DNA from: an uncultured virus (IMG/VR IMGVR_UViG_3300030098_005070)
Lineage: Duplodnaviria; Heunggongvirae; Uroviricota; Caudoviricetes
Direction: 5' to 3' (one strand)
Length of the DNA: 64,000 nt
IMG/VR virus record: IMGVR_UViG_3300030098_005070
In this document: in pieces, positions 8,260 to 17,734 of the stretch
Layout: every line of letters starts with the position of its first letter
Numbering within the stretch: position 1 is the stretch's first letter
Program-made: the position numbers and the translations under genes
The notes under the pieces: model-generated
The model's input: the letters and a program-made list of their open reading frames with translations, nothing else
Database searches by the model: none
Told to the model about the DNA's origin: nothing

Positions 8260-9605
8260 CAGATGAATATGAATACGATAAAACAGAAGAAGAAGAAACG
8301 AAAGTAGCCGGTTTTGCTCGTGAGGGTGGTGGTAAAACACTACCTGAAGGGGTAATGCTACGGCTGAAAATGCACAGCGAGAGAGTTGGAGAGAGCATAG
8401 AAAAGGTAGAGAAATTCTATCTTGATTCTATCCGAGACGAATATGGCTGTGAAGATTGGGCTGATGAAGATGAAGACCTACTTGTTGATTGGTCGGAACA
8501 AATCTTAGTACAAACCCGAAGAGCAACAATGGGTGGCGGTGCTAACACTGTAACCTTTGTGGGTTGCTTTATCGGTGTAGATGGTACAAAAAGAGACCGC
8601 AGACAAGGCATGAGAAATCGTGCAGCGATTGATTTCACAAGAGACCCAAATGCCGCCATTGATAGTGGTAGGATTGGTGTTTACGAAAAGAATGGTGACA
8701 CATGGAAGATTACCACAGCGAATGGCTCTATTGATACAGTTGAACCAGTAGACGAACCGCCGGTACTTGGATTCCTAGCAGACGGTCAATACATCTGTTT
8801 GGTGGGTTCATCCACTGGTCGCCCAATGCCTTCTACTTTGATGGGTAGGCATTACTATTTCCTAGGTAACGAGGAAGATAAGTTTGAGCAAGATATCAAG
8901 ATGTGGCGTGTTGACTGTGTAGGAGATGCTACTGAAATAGAAGTTAAGATTGGTGAACCATGTAAGATATTTGTGAGACCACCAAACGAAAATGCTTCTG
9001 ATGCATACAAGGATGTACTTGGTATATCCGCTGGTTTTGAGGATTCTATTGATTATACTTACGACTTCGTTGGTGAAGATGAGAAGAAGTTCCTTCACCC
9101 CGGTCGCTTCTTGGTGAACCCTGATATGCATCCTTTCTATGCACCACTTGAGGATTTAGAAGAAGCATACGAATCAGGCTCTCGTACCTTTGAGATAAAC
9201 GGAGAACAAAATAGGGCTGGTCCTATTGTAATCACTAAGGGTACAGTTACACGACTTTCTACTGAGCCTAGAGAAACCGAGTATGACGAGTCCGGTAGAA
9301 ATTATGTATTCAGTCTAACATCGGTTGCTTTACAAAGTCAATATGGACAAAGTAATGCATCTGAGGTTGCGTGTTGGGTTAGTAGTGCTTGTCACGATAA
9401 CTCAAAACCGTTCATTGCTCGTGATGATGTATCCGAAATTGAATGGGCTGAAAAGTCCACTGTCTACGTAATCGGTAGAATCGGTATGACGGTAAGAGAT
9501 GGAGAAAGAAATCCCAAACTAAATGTCTTTGGTGTTTATGCAGACCCAAGAAGAATCCGCCGTAGAGTAAGTGGTGGAAACACTGGACAGGAGCAATTTA
9601 ACTGA
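8256..9605 (+). CDS. Putative RPA-like/OB-fold ssDNA-binding protein
   Basis: Acidic, beta-rich 449 aa between RFC and ATPase/PCNA; OB-like C-terminus (VYVIGRIG...LNVFGVYA). Function inferred mainly from context. Confidence 0.45.
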   Translation: MTDEYEYDKTEEEETKVAGFAREGGGKTLPEGVMLRLKMHSERVGESIEKVEKFYLDSIRDEYGCEDWADEDEDLLVDWSEQILVQTRRATMGGGANTVTFVGCFIGVDGTKRDRRQGMRNRAAIDFTRDPNAAIDSGRIGVYEKNGDTWKITTANGSIDTVEPVDEPPVLGFLADGQYICLVGSSTGRPMPSTLMGRHYYFLGNEEDKFEQDIKMWRVDCVGDATEIEVKIGEPCKIFVRPPNENASDAYKDVLGISAGFEDSIDYTYDFVGEDEKKFLHPGRFLVNPDMHPFYAPLEDLEEAYESGSRTFEINGEQNRAGPIVITKGTVTRLSTEPRETEYDESGRNYVFSLTSVALQSQYGQSNASEVACWVSSACHDNSKPFIARDDVSEIEWAEKSTVYVIGRIGMTVRDGERNPKLNVFGVYADPRRIRRRVSGGNTGQEQFN

Positions 9606-9615
9606 GGTGAAGAAT

Positions 9616-9831
9616 ATGAGTAAAACAAAAACAGAAATAGAAGCAGAAAATGAAGCATTGGCTGAACGCTTGCAAGAACAGATGCAAATTGTGGAGATGT
9701 TAGAGAAGCAAGTTGCTAGGCAACAATTACAATTACAGTTGTTGGAACAATACGCCAACACAGTAATGGGTGCTGGGCAACAATTGATTTCTAACATTGA
9801 GGCTTTGAATAAAGCGAGTAGTGATGAGTGA
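9616..9831 (+). CDS. Small coiled-coil protein
   Basis: GAGGTGA RBS before ATG 9616; Q/L/E heptads. Confidence 0.7.
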   Translation: MSKTKTEIEAENEALAERLQEQMQIVEMLEKQVARQQLQLQLLEQYANTVMGAGQQLISNIEALNKASSDE

Positions 9832-10832
9832 TGGCGGGTTTTGGTGCAGCAAAGCGTATTCAAGAAGATAGAGAAGAGAGCGATAAGCCTCTACCTACTA
9901 CTGAAAATAAAACCACACCTGTTGTAAATAGTAATGACCCATTCACAGATTTGAGAAGTGAGTTGCAATCACTGCACAAGAATCAACCGAAAACTACGGT
10001 TTTCGCCTTGATTGCTGGACACGAAAACACAGGAAAAACTGCGATTGTTTTAGATGCATTCGATAAACATTGTAAGAATGATAGCAAAGGAAAAGACCAA
10101 CTTTGGATTTTAGATTTCGATGGTGGTGGGGTGGGTACTACAACCGCATTCCATTCAAACAACGATAGAATTAGATGTTGGAACCCTTGGGTTATGCAAA
10201 CTGGAAACAGAACTGCATATGATTATCCGGGCACTCACGACCGTGTTATGAATATCATGCAATTCGCTGTGGATACAGCCCGAAAGCAGAACGATGATGG
10301 TTATGATGGTGAAAGAATTTGGGGTCTTCTAGTAACAGGGATAGACCTTTGGGATTCGATTGCGATTAACTGTATGAGAATCGAAGACCTAAATTTGGCT
10401 CGTGACGGTATCGAAGCGGCTGACTGGAACGTTAAGGTGGGCCATCAGTGGGACTGGGCTATTCGTAAGACTAGATTCCATCAATTGACCGCTCTATCAA
10501 AGCAGTTAGTGTCAGCAGGTTGTCAGGTGTATTGGGAAACCCACTTACGAATGACAAACTATTCTTTCGGTAAAAACGAAGATGGTGCTAAGTGGCGACC
10601 TGATTGTGAGAAATCAACGAACAATTACGTGTATCAAATTTTGATGTGCGAAAGAGTTGATACTTATGATGAAGAAAAGCGTGAAATTATCAAGAGCGAG
10701 TATACAGTCACCTTTGATAAGAGTAAAACTAATGCAGAACTACAGGGACAAAGAAGAACAATACTTGTTACAGAAACAGGAAAGCCAGCCCGATGGGTCG
10801 GTCTTCCTGAACTAAGTGATGGGAGTTTGTGA
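9828..10832 (+). CDS. RecA-superfamily/AAA_24-like P-loop ATPase (putative recombinase)
   Basis: Walker A GHENTGKT; ILDFDGG; YWETH. Confidence 0.7.
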   Translation: MMAGFGAAKRIQEDREESDKPLPTTENKTTPVVNSNDPFTDLRSELQSLHKNQPKTTVFALIAGHENTGKTAIVLDAFDKHCKNDSKGKDQLWILDFDGGGVGTTTAFHSNNDRIRCWNPWVMQTGNRTAYDYPGTHDRVMNIMQFAVDTARKQNDDGYDGERIWGLLVTGIDLWDSIAINCMRIEDLNLARDGIEAADWNVKVGHQWDWAIRKTRFHQLTALSKQLVSAGCQVYWETHLRMTNYSFGKNEDGAKWRPDCEKSTNNYVYQILMCERVDTYDEEKREIIKSEYTVTFDKSKTNAELQGQRRTILVTETGKPARWVGLPELSDGSL

Positions 10833-10835
10833 AAT

Positions 10836-11588
10836 ATGACAGAAGTAGAGTTAGATAGAAAAGATTTCCTTCAATTCCTTTCTTCTTTTGGGGAAACTGA
10901 GGATTTGAAAATTGTAGCATCTGAGGATTCTATTTCAGCAGAAGTAGGATTTTCCACACACTATTTGAAAAAATCAATGGCTGTTGAGGCTAACTCAATA
11001 AAAACTGAAGGTGAAATAGATATTTCAGATTTGAAAAAGTTAGTTTCTTTTTGCAAAAAGATAAGTAAAGATAGTATCTTGATAAGACAAATGGGGTCAG
11101 GTAAGACTTTGTATGTTAATGGTGGTAGCACAAAGTTACAACTTCCAACAAGTAATACCATTATTTCACATACAAAAACGCCGTTGATAAATAAATTAAT
11201 TGCCGAGGCGAAAGATACTATGTGGACTACTTGGACTCCGCAGAAACTTGAGATATCCACACATGGTGATATATCCGCTTCTGAGTTACTCGATATTGCT
11301 AAGATGAAAGATATTGTTGGGAACCACGGAATTACAGTATCAGTAAATGCTGATGAGAGTGAATTTGCTGTTGCTATGGGTAAGAAACATACCCCTCGTA
11401 TTTTCTCCACATTAACCGTATCGAATTCTCAAGGACCAATGGGTACTGTAGAGAGTGATTTCGGGCATTGGTTTACTGACTGTCTTGGAATGCTTGAAGA
11501 AAGCGCTGCTACTTTTCACATGGGTGAATCACTACCTTTGATTATTGAACAAGAAAATACACTATTGATAATAATCCAAGAAGCGTGA
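10836..11588 (+). CDS. pcn: PCNA-like sliding clamp
   Basis: 250 aa with clamp-like alpha/beta pattern, C-terminal FHMGESLPLII; lies between RFC and PolB. Confidence 0.65.
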   Translation: MTEVELDRKDFLQFLSSFGETEDLKIVASEDSISAEVGFSTHYLKKSMAVEANSIKTEGEIDISDLKKLVSFCKKISKDSILIRQMGSGKTLYVNGGSTKLQLPTSNTIISHTKTPLINKLIAEAKDTMWTTWTPQKLEISTHGDISASELLDIAKMKDIVGNHGITVSVNADESEFAVAMGKKHTPRIFSTLTVSNSQGPMGTVESDFGHWFTDCLGMLEESAATFHMGESLPLIIEQENTLLIIIQEA

Positions 11589-11589
11589 T

Positions 11590-14070
11590 TTGATGATAGT
11601 GGATTACTTTACGCCTGAGTCTCGTGTATTCAATACACCTCGTGGCTCTCTTCGTATCGGAGAATGGAATTCAGATTCTGATAAACCATTCATCTATGAG
11701 CGCACAAGAGATGGTGATGGTGTATTGCACGAGAGGGTATTACAAGAGGGGGATGAAGACTACATATCCCCTTCTTGTTGGGTAGACGCAGGAATAACTG
11801 ATGCTACCATACATAGGATAGAATCTAGATATCCGGGTGTAAATATTGACAGAACAAAAACAGCAGTAGGAATAGATGGAGTACCGTTGATAAAACTAAC
11901 AGCATCTCATCCTAACCATTTGTGGAATATCAAAGATGAGTACCCACATACATATGAAGCGGATTTAATCTATACAGACCAGTATTTGATACAAAACTAC
12001 CCTGATGGTATTCCTGATTTCCATCCTCGTATTTGGTACTTCGATTTAGAGTGGGACACCAAAGAGGATTTCACCACCGTAATGGCTGTTGTAGATAATC
12101 AAGCGCCACACCCTGTGGTGTTCACTTGGAAGCAAGATTTGATGAGTGAACATACAAAATGGATAGATAGGTATGGTGGGTATGAACTTAGATTATATCT
12201 AAACGAAGAATCAATGCATGAGGGATTCTTACAATACCTTGACGAAAGAGACCCTGATATTCTTGTAGCACACGCCGGAAACTGGGCGGATATACCACAT
12301 CTGTATAGAAGGCTGAAAGACCCGTCAAGATTGAGTCCGATTGGTGAAGTAATCGCTCCTAGAAAGGATACAGGGTACGATGAATCCGCTCAACCGATTA
12401 AGGGTAGGATAGTATTCGATAGTGCGGCTAGAGGGATTACAGGTAGTGGCTTTGAGGCGATATGGCAGAAGTCCGGTAGAGGGCAAATGTCTAGCCGTAG
12501 CCTTAACTGGGTGGCTCAAAGTTTAGACTTAGGAGAGAAACTAACAGATAGAATCGAAGGTATGACTGTTCACAATGGGTGGTATGATTACTTCGATGAC
12601 TTCGTTGATTATTGTTTAGTGGATACAACTTTGCTAAGAGACATTGATGAGATGCTACACGCCGTTGAATTCCATGTAGCCATGATGAAACTATGTGGTG
12701 TTGGATTTCGTAGTACCTACAAAGTTACTAGATACTTTAGAGGTCTAATTGGAAGAAGAACGGATTTGAAAGCACCATCGTCTAAAGCGCAGAATCGTGA
12801 AGAATTACAGGCGGCGTATATCCCTGACCCGATACCGGGAAGGCATGAAGGTGTGGCGCTGGTAGACTATGCCTCTCTGTATCCGAATATTATACTGAGT
12901 CTGAATTTATCTTGGGAAACTAAAAAACAAAACGCTGGTAGTAATATTAAATCTCCCGGTAATGGTACTCACTGGTCACAAGACGAAGCGGGATTACTTC
13001 CAAGCGTTGTGAGTGAAATGCTCGCATTAAGAAAAGATTACAAAAAGAAAATGTACGAAGCGACAGATACTAATGAAAAATTAGGATATGATATGCTTCA
13101 AACCGCAACGAAAGTTGCAGTAAACGCACTCTATGGTATGGTATCTATGGGTAAAATAGGTGGTATGTGGTCTGATTTAGATATAGGTCGCACTATTACA
13201 TACATGGGTAGAGAGAGTATTAAATTCCTACTTGCTGAAAGTGAAAGGCAAGGTTATCGTGGGTTGTATGGGCATACCGATTCCGCATTCATTCAAGTTC
13301 CATTTGATGAAGCAGAAAACCTAGCAGCACATCTGACTGAAGAATCTAGAAAACAATTGGATATGCCCTACATGGATGTAGAATTAGAAGCATACTTCGA
13401 TTACTGGATTAGCGCTGAAACGAAAAATAGATACTTTGGTATCAAGTCTTGGCCTGAGTCTGATAAAGGTAAAATGAAAGTTAGTGGTTTTGAAATCAAG
13501 GCTTCTAACGCCGCACCAATCAGTAAAGAAACACAAGGTGTTTTATTTGACTTAGTTGGTAAGGGTGCAGAAGAAGAAGAGGTTACTGCGGCTATACGAC
13601 CGATAGTAAAATCAATTTTAAATGGTGAAAGACCAATAAAAGACTTAAGCCCTTATGGTAGAATCAAGAAGAGTATGAATAACTATACAGCAAACGTTCC
13701 TATGCCTGTGAGGGCTGCTAAATACTACAATGAAAATATTGCAACCGATAACCCATTCAGACCGGGAGATGGGGCACAATGGGTGTACATCAATGCCGTA
13801 CCCGAAGGCTTACCCGATTCGGTATCATTTCCAAAAGAGAAGAAAAACACAAGCGCTTTTCACTTTGTTGCTAAATCCGGTGAAACCAAATCATTCCCTG
13901 CTAACGTAGTGGCTTTCAGGGAAGAAGATGAAATCAAAGACTTCTCAATTGACTATGATGTGGTCGTAGAAAAAATGGTGAAGGCCAAAATCCAACCAGT
14001 GTACAGTGTAATGGGTTGGGATATGGAAAAGGCTGCATCACCACAAGAACAACCGGCGGTGTATTGGTAA
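11590..14070 (+). CDS. polB: Family B DNA polymerase with proofreading domain
   Basis: ExoI FDLE, ExoIII YCLVD, DYASLYPNI, K..VNALYG, YGHTDS, KNRY; C-terminal QPAVYW PIP-like tail; no intein. Confidence 0.97.
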   Translation: MMIVDYFTPESRVFNTPRGSLRIGEWNSDSDKPFIYERTRDGDGVLHERVLQEGDEDYISPSCWVDAGITDATIHRIESRYPGVNIDRTKTAVGIDGVPLIKLTASHPNHLWNIKDEYPHTYEADLIYTDQYLIQNYPDGIPDFHPRIWYFDLEWDTKEDFTTVMAVVDNQAPHPVVFTWKQDLMSEHTKWIDRYGGYELRLYLNEESMHEGFLQYLDERDPDILVAHAGNWADIPHLYRRLKDPSRLSPIGEVIAPRKDTGYDESAQPIKGRIVFDSAARGITGSGFEAIWQKSGRGQMSSRSLNWVAQSLDLGEKLTDRIEGMTVHNGWYDYFDDFVDYCLVDTTLLRDIDEMLHAVEFHVAMMKLCGVGFRSTYKVTRYFRGLIGRRTDLKAPSSKAQNREELQAAYIPDPIPGRHEGVALVDYASLYPNIILSLNLSWETKKQNAGSNIKSPGNGTHWSQDEAGLLPSVVSEMLALRKDYKKKMYEATDTNEKLGYDMLQTATKVAVNALYGMVSMGKIGGMWSDLDIGRTITYMGRESIKFLLAESERQGYRGLYGHTDSAFIQVPFDEAENLAAHLTEESRKQLDMPYMDVELEAYFDYWISAETKNRYFGIKSWPESDKGKMKVSGFEIKASNAAPISKETQGVLFDLVGKGAEEEEVTAAIRPIVKSILNGERPIKDLSPYGRIKKSMNNYTANVPMPVRAAKYYNENIATDNPFRPGDGAQWVYINAVPEGLPDSVSFPKEKKNTSAFHFVAKSGETKSFPANVVAFREEDEIKDFSIDYDVVVEKMVKAKIQPVYSVMGWDMEKAASPQEQPAVYW

Positions 14071-14189
14071 TGGGGCATTACAGTAAATGCGCTGATTGCG
14101 GTAAATGCACTGCTAATAGTCAATGGGTAGTCCAAGGGTTATGTTCTGAATGTGGAGATAAATGGTACAAAAGCGAAATGAAATACTAA
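14070..14189 (+). CDS. 39-aa zinc-finger microprotein (not in ORF track)
   Basis: MGHYSKCADCGKCTANSQWVVQGLCSECGDKWYKSEMKY; TAATG overlap with polB stop. Confidence 0.65.
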   Translation: MGHYSKCADCGKCTANSQWVVQGLCSECGDKWYKSEMKY

Positions 14190-14199
14190 GGTGGTTTTA

Positions 14200-14475
14200 A
14201 TGAGTAGAATAGAAGATGAAGTATGTAAGAAAATACTGGAAAGAGCAGAAGTCGGTAAGAGAAAGTATGGTGTCACGATGGAGAGAACAGATTTCTCAAC
14301 ACTGGATTGGTTAATTTATGCCCAAGAGGAAGCGTTGGATTTTTGTGTCTATCTCCAGCGGCTGATTGAAGACGAAGAGAAAAGACTAGAAGGTGAGGCT
14401 TTGAATGAGAGGATGTTCAATTTAAAGAGGGGATTCATTGAGGGAAGGCTTGCGAAAATGGAGGAACAGGAATGA
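14200..14475 (+). CDS. MazG-like all-alpha NTP pyrophosphatase family protein
   Basis: R...GKRKYG....DW...AQEEALD..VY. Confidence 0.6.
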   Translation: MSRIEDEVCKKILERAEVGKRKYGVTMERTDFSTLDWLIYAQEEALDFCVYLQRLIEDEEKRLEGEALNERMFNLKRGFIEGRLAKMEEQE

Positions 14476-14621
14476 AGAAATACAAATGTGAAATTTGTAA
14501 AGAAATGAAACCTCGTACTAAAGGTCGCCATACGACTATTTGCGGTAAATGTATTCGATTAAGAAAAGAGGGAAAACACATAAGTGTTAAGAATTTTCCA
14601 TATCAAGGGGGTCTTTGGTGA
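14472..14621 (+). CDS. 49-aa zinc-finger microprotein (not in ORF track)
   Basis: MKKYKCEICKEMKPRTKGRHTTICGKCIRLRKEGKHISVKNFPYQGGLW; GGAGG RBS; overlaps both neighbours. Confidence 0.65.
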   Translation: MKKYKCEICKEMKPRTKGRHTTICGKCIRLRKEGKHISVKNFPYQGGLW

Positions 14622-15568
14622 TGAGATGGAATCCTAATGGCGATGATAAGTTGGCTAAGGCTGACGATTATCCGTTTGAAGATATGAAAGAATCCTATGC
14701 GAAGAGTACCTACTCTTGGTCTCCTGACATGGAAGATGAAATTTTACGAGTTACGAAAAGTAGTGTCGGTACATTTGATTGGTGTCCGAAACAATATTTC
14801 TTTCAAAATATTATGAAACTACAACAAGAAGAAAAGGACCACCATATTCGTGGAAACAATGTACACGATATGACTGAATACTTTTGGAAAGAGGCGGTCA
14901 ACTACATAGATGATATTCTAGAGCAAATAGAGTCAGGTAACATGAATATGGCTCGGCAAATGCTTCACGACATTATTCCAAAGCCCCCATCCCCATATCT
15001 ATATGGCGAAGATGAGCAAATCCAAACATGGGTTGATTGGCAATTCGATAGACTGGTAGCCACTAAAGGTATTGATTGGTTTCCAGTTGGGAACGAAGCC
15101 GAAGTACACGCCACTCGTATTGTAGAGGTTGACGGGACTCCAGTACCCATTCATATGCGGGGTTTTATTGACCGTATCTTTGAGGATGATAAAGGATACA
15201 TCCTCATGGAATTGAAAACTGGAAAATGGAAGAAAGGAAAAACAGCAACTAAGTTAAGGGCTGAAATGCAATTTTACAAAATGATGCTTGAGTGTAGTCA
15301 ACACGGAGAATATCTCCCGATTACACATTGGGGTTGGGAATTTCCCGGCGGCAACATAAACAATGGCGATGCCGCTGCTTGGGAATTTGAGCCAACTTCA
15401 GATAGAAAGGCGAAGTATGCAGAAAGAACTGTTGAAAAGCGCCTGAAAAAATTAGTCAAGGCCCACCTTGACATGGATTTTCCTGCGGAAAGAAACGATT
15501 TCAAATGTGCGTGGTGTGATTTCATGCATATTTGCCCCGCATGGACACAACAGGAGTTGGAATTATGA
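14621..15568 (+). CDS. Cas4/AddB-like PD-(D/E)xK nuclease with Fe-S cysteines
   Basis: WCPKQY, GNNVH, RGFIDRI, ELKTG, Q..Y-like EMQFY, CAWCDFMHIC. Confidence 0.88.
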   Translation: MRWNPNGDDKLAKADDYPFEDMKESYAKSTYSWSPDMEDEILRVTKSSVGTFDWCPKQYFFQNIMKLQQEEKDHHIRGNNVHDMTEYFWKEAVNYIDDILEQIESGNMNMARQMLHDIIPKPPSPYLYGEDEQIQTWVDWQFDRLVATKGIDWFPVGNEAEVHATRIVEVDGTPVPIHMRGFIDRIFEDDKGYILMELKTGKWKKGKTATKLRAEMQFYKMMLECSQHGEYLPITHWGWEFPGGNINNGDAAAWEFEPTSDRKAKYAERTVEKRLKKLVKAHLDMDFPAERNDFKCAWCDFMHICPAWTQQELEL

Positions 15569-15846
15569 TAGAAGAAAGAACTGTAGAATTACTAATAAAG
15601 AAGACGATAGAAACAATGAACAGACATTATCAACCACATAAAGAAGTACTTGTTGATTTTGGGATATTAGGTGATAAAGATATGATTGTAAAGGAAACTT
15701 CACAAACCACCTTGGATGATTACACTGAGTTAGGTATTGACAAAGTTGATGGCTACGAAAGTTATCATTTCACTCTTAACAGGAAAAGGGTATCACCTAA
15801 AGAAATTGAGCGACTATTGGATAAAATCTTGACTAAGGTTGCATGA
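15565..15846 (+). CDS. Hypothetical protein
   Basis: GGAG RBS, ATGA overlap; contains QTTLDDY (PIP-box-like). Confidence 0.65.
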   Translation: MIEERTVELLIKKTIETMNRHYQPHKEVLVDFGILGDKDMIVKETSQTTLDDYTELGIDKVDGYESYHFTLNRKRVSPKEIERLLDKILTKVA

Positions 15847-15850
15847 TATA

Positions 15851-16957
15851 ATGGCGTTCATCACGCTTGATTTCCCAAGAGAAGTATTGGAAATTGGGGC
15901 TGATGGTGAAAAGGGTTATCGAAGATTAGTAAAAGATTGGAACGAACTAGAAAGATACTGGAAAGGAAAAAATGGAAGCGGCAACGTTTTCTTTACTGCC
16001 TACGGATATCGTGGTTTAACCCCACCTAGAAACCATAGAGTAGATTACAATACACCGATTATACGTCACTTTGTTTGTGACTTTGATTGTAAGAATTTTA
16101 GAAAGAGAGGAGAAGATGTACCCTTTGAAGTGATGCATGAACAAGTGAAAAGACTACATCTATTTCTTTCTGAAAAAGATTTACTGCATTACATTTGGTT
16201 TAGTGGTGGGGGCTTCCACGTTTGGATACCACTCCAACAGACTTTCACACCCAGTAATGGAATTGATGTTGCTAGGGTAAAAGACGCTGGTAGAATTGTT
16301 CTTTCAAAATGGCATAAAGAACTAGATTTGTTTTGTAATGACCCTACCGTTGCTTTTGATACCGCTGGTATGATTAGAATTCCTAACTCCTACAATAGTA
16401 AAAGAGGGTGTTGGAGTATCCCGATGACCTCAGAAGTTCTACTCAATAGCACACACATGGAATTATTGGATAAAGCCCAAGAATCACAAGATGGGTATAT
16501 CCAACATGGTTCTCAAGCATTAGAACTGGTTTTACCTGAAAGAAAAACCATCTTCAAATCTAAGAAGAGAGAGATTAGTGACTTACCTGATATGTCAATT
16601 GATGGGTTTACAATTCTTCCATGCTTAGCGCAATCTGCTATGGGTGAAGGAAACCCGCCACACAGGGCTAGGCTACACTTCGCCTCTTACTTAGCAAGTA
16701 GACTACGGTGGTTTTTCCCACCTGATAGTGTATCAAATGAAGAAAAGGCAAAGCACGTAGATTTCATCGTTGATGTAATTTCAAGACAAGGTTGGGTAGA
16801 TTATGATTTGTCTACTACCACTTTACAAGTCGAAAGTTTAGTTTTTGGTGGCTCTTCTAATAACGGATATAACGCGGGTATGTGTAGGACTATCATAACT
16901 GATGGGCTTTGCACTGGTAAATGTAAATTCTATGATGGAACGGCTGAGGATATCTAA
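15851..16957 (+). CDS. Archaeo-eukaryotic primase, PriS catalytic domain fused to PriL C-terminal Fe-S domain
   Basis: DFD, SGGGFHVW and RIPNSYNSK; then LPC..H..R and C...C...C. Confidence 0.9.
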   Translation: MAFITLDFPREVLEIGADGEKGYRRLVKDWNELERYWKGKNGSGNVFFTAYGYRGLTPPRNHRVDYNTPIIRHFVCDFDCKNFRKRGEDVPFEVMHEQVKRLHLFLSEKDLLHYIWFSGGGFHVWIPLQQTFTPSNGIDVARVKDAGRIVLSKWHKELDLFCNDPTVAFDTAGMIRIPNSYNSKRGCWSIPMTSEVLLNSTHMELLDKAQESQDGYIQHGSQALELVLPERKTIFKSKKREISDLPDMSIDGFTILPCLAQSAMGEGNPPHRARLHFASYLASRLRWFFPPDSVSNEEKAKHVDFIVDVISRQGWVDYDLSTTTLQVESLVFGGSSNNGYNAGMCRTIITDGLCTGKCKFYDGTAEDI

Positions 16958-16970
16958 TGGAGGAAATTAA

Positions 16971-17669
16971 ATGCCAAAACCAAATCTAATAATTGACTCT
17001 AATGAAAGAGGACCACTATATGATTCTGTTTTACGAAAGGCTGAGAAGGCAGGTTTAGCAGTTTCACAACAACCTCTAGTTGTGGGTGATTATCTTCTAG
17101 GTAGTGCGTGTGTTGAGGCTAAGAGTATAACCGACTTTTTCCAGTCAAGCCATAGCGGGCATCTTTGGCGGCAATTAGAAAACATGGATTCAAACTACGA
17201 GCGTTTTTTCTTAGTGATTCATGGTACAATAGAAAAGTATGTTGCAATGGCTAAAAACAATGGGCGTAAAGTTACCTACACTAGAGTGCAAAATGAACTA
17301 CTCGGTACTATTGCTAGGGTAATGTCTGATTTTGAGTGTCAGGTTTTCTACACACCAAACATGAGCGAGGCTTCACTTTTCATAGTCAAACTTCATGATA
17401 AATTACACAAACCTGCGTCTTCTCATGGTGCAAGAGCAATCAGAAGAGTCGCTAGTAATGATGTGAGGGCTGATATGCTGTTAGCAATACCCGGCTTGGG
17501 GAAAGAAACTGTAGATAATTTACTAGAAAAATGTGGTAGTTTAGAAGAAATGTGCTTCCCTGAATCATTGAAACAGGTGAAAGGGTTAGGAGAGGTACTG
17601 AGGAAACGCATAGTTCAGGCACTAACAAGCGAAGAGCCAATACACGTGGAGAGAAGAAAAAGACGATGA
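16971..17669 (+). CDS. ERCC4/XPF-family structure-specific nuclease with HhH
   Basis: IDSNE, GDY, VEAKSITDF; IPGLG and VKGLG HhH motifs. Confidence 0.92.
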   Translation: MPKPNLIIDSNERGPLYDSVLRKAEKAGLAVSQQPLVVGDYLLGSACVEAKSITDFFQSSHSGHLWRQLENMDSNYERFFLVIHGTIEKYVAMAKNNGRKVTYTRVQNELLGTIARVMSDFECQVFYTPNMSEASLFIVKLHDKLHKPASSHGARAIRRVASNDVRADMLLAIPGLGKETVDNLLEKCGSLEEMCFPESLKQVKGLGEVLRKRIVQALTSEEPIHVERRKRR

Positions 17670-17703
17670 ATCCAACTGTCCGATGTATAGTCCATACAAT
17701 ATA

Positions 17704-17734
17704 CTTATAGGCTGACCTTCGTAGGGGTCAAATT
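17704..17734 (+). promoter_or_regulatory. Putative TATA box and inverted repeat upstream of helicase gene
   Basis: TTATA starts 30 nt before ATG 17735; TGACC-N8-GGTCA at 17713-17730. Confidence 0.45.

Noticed and set aside
11590..14070. Intein or intron in PolB, RFC or helicase
   Set aside because: Lengths are normal and no splice-junction motifs interrupt conserved blocks.
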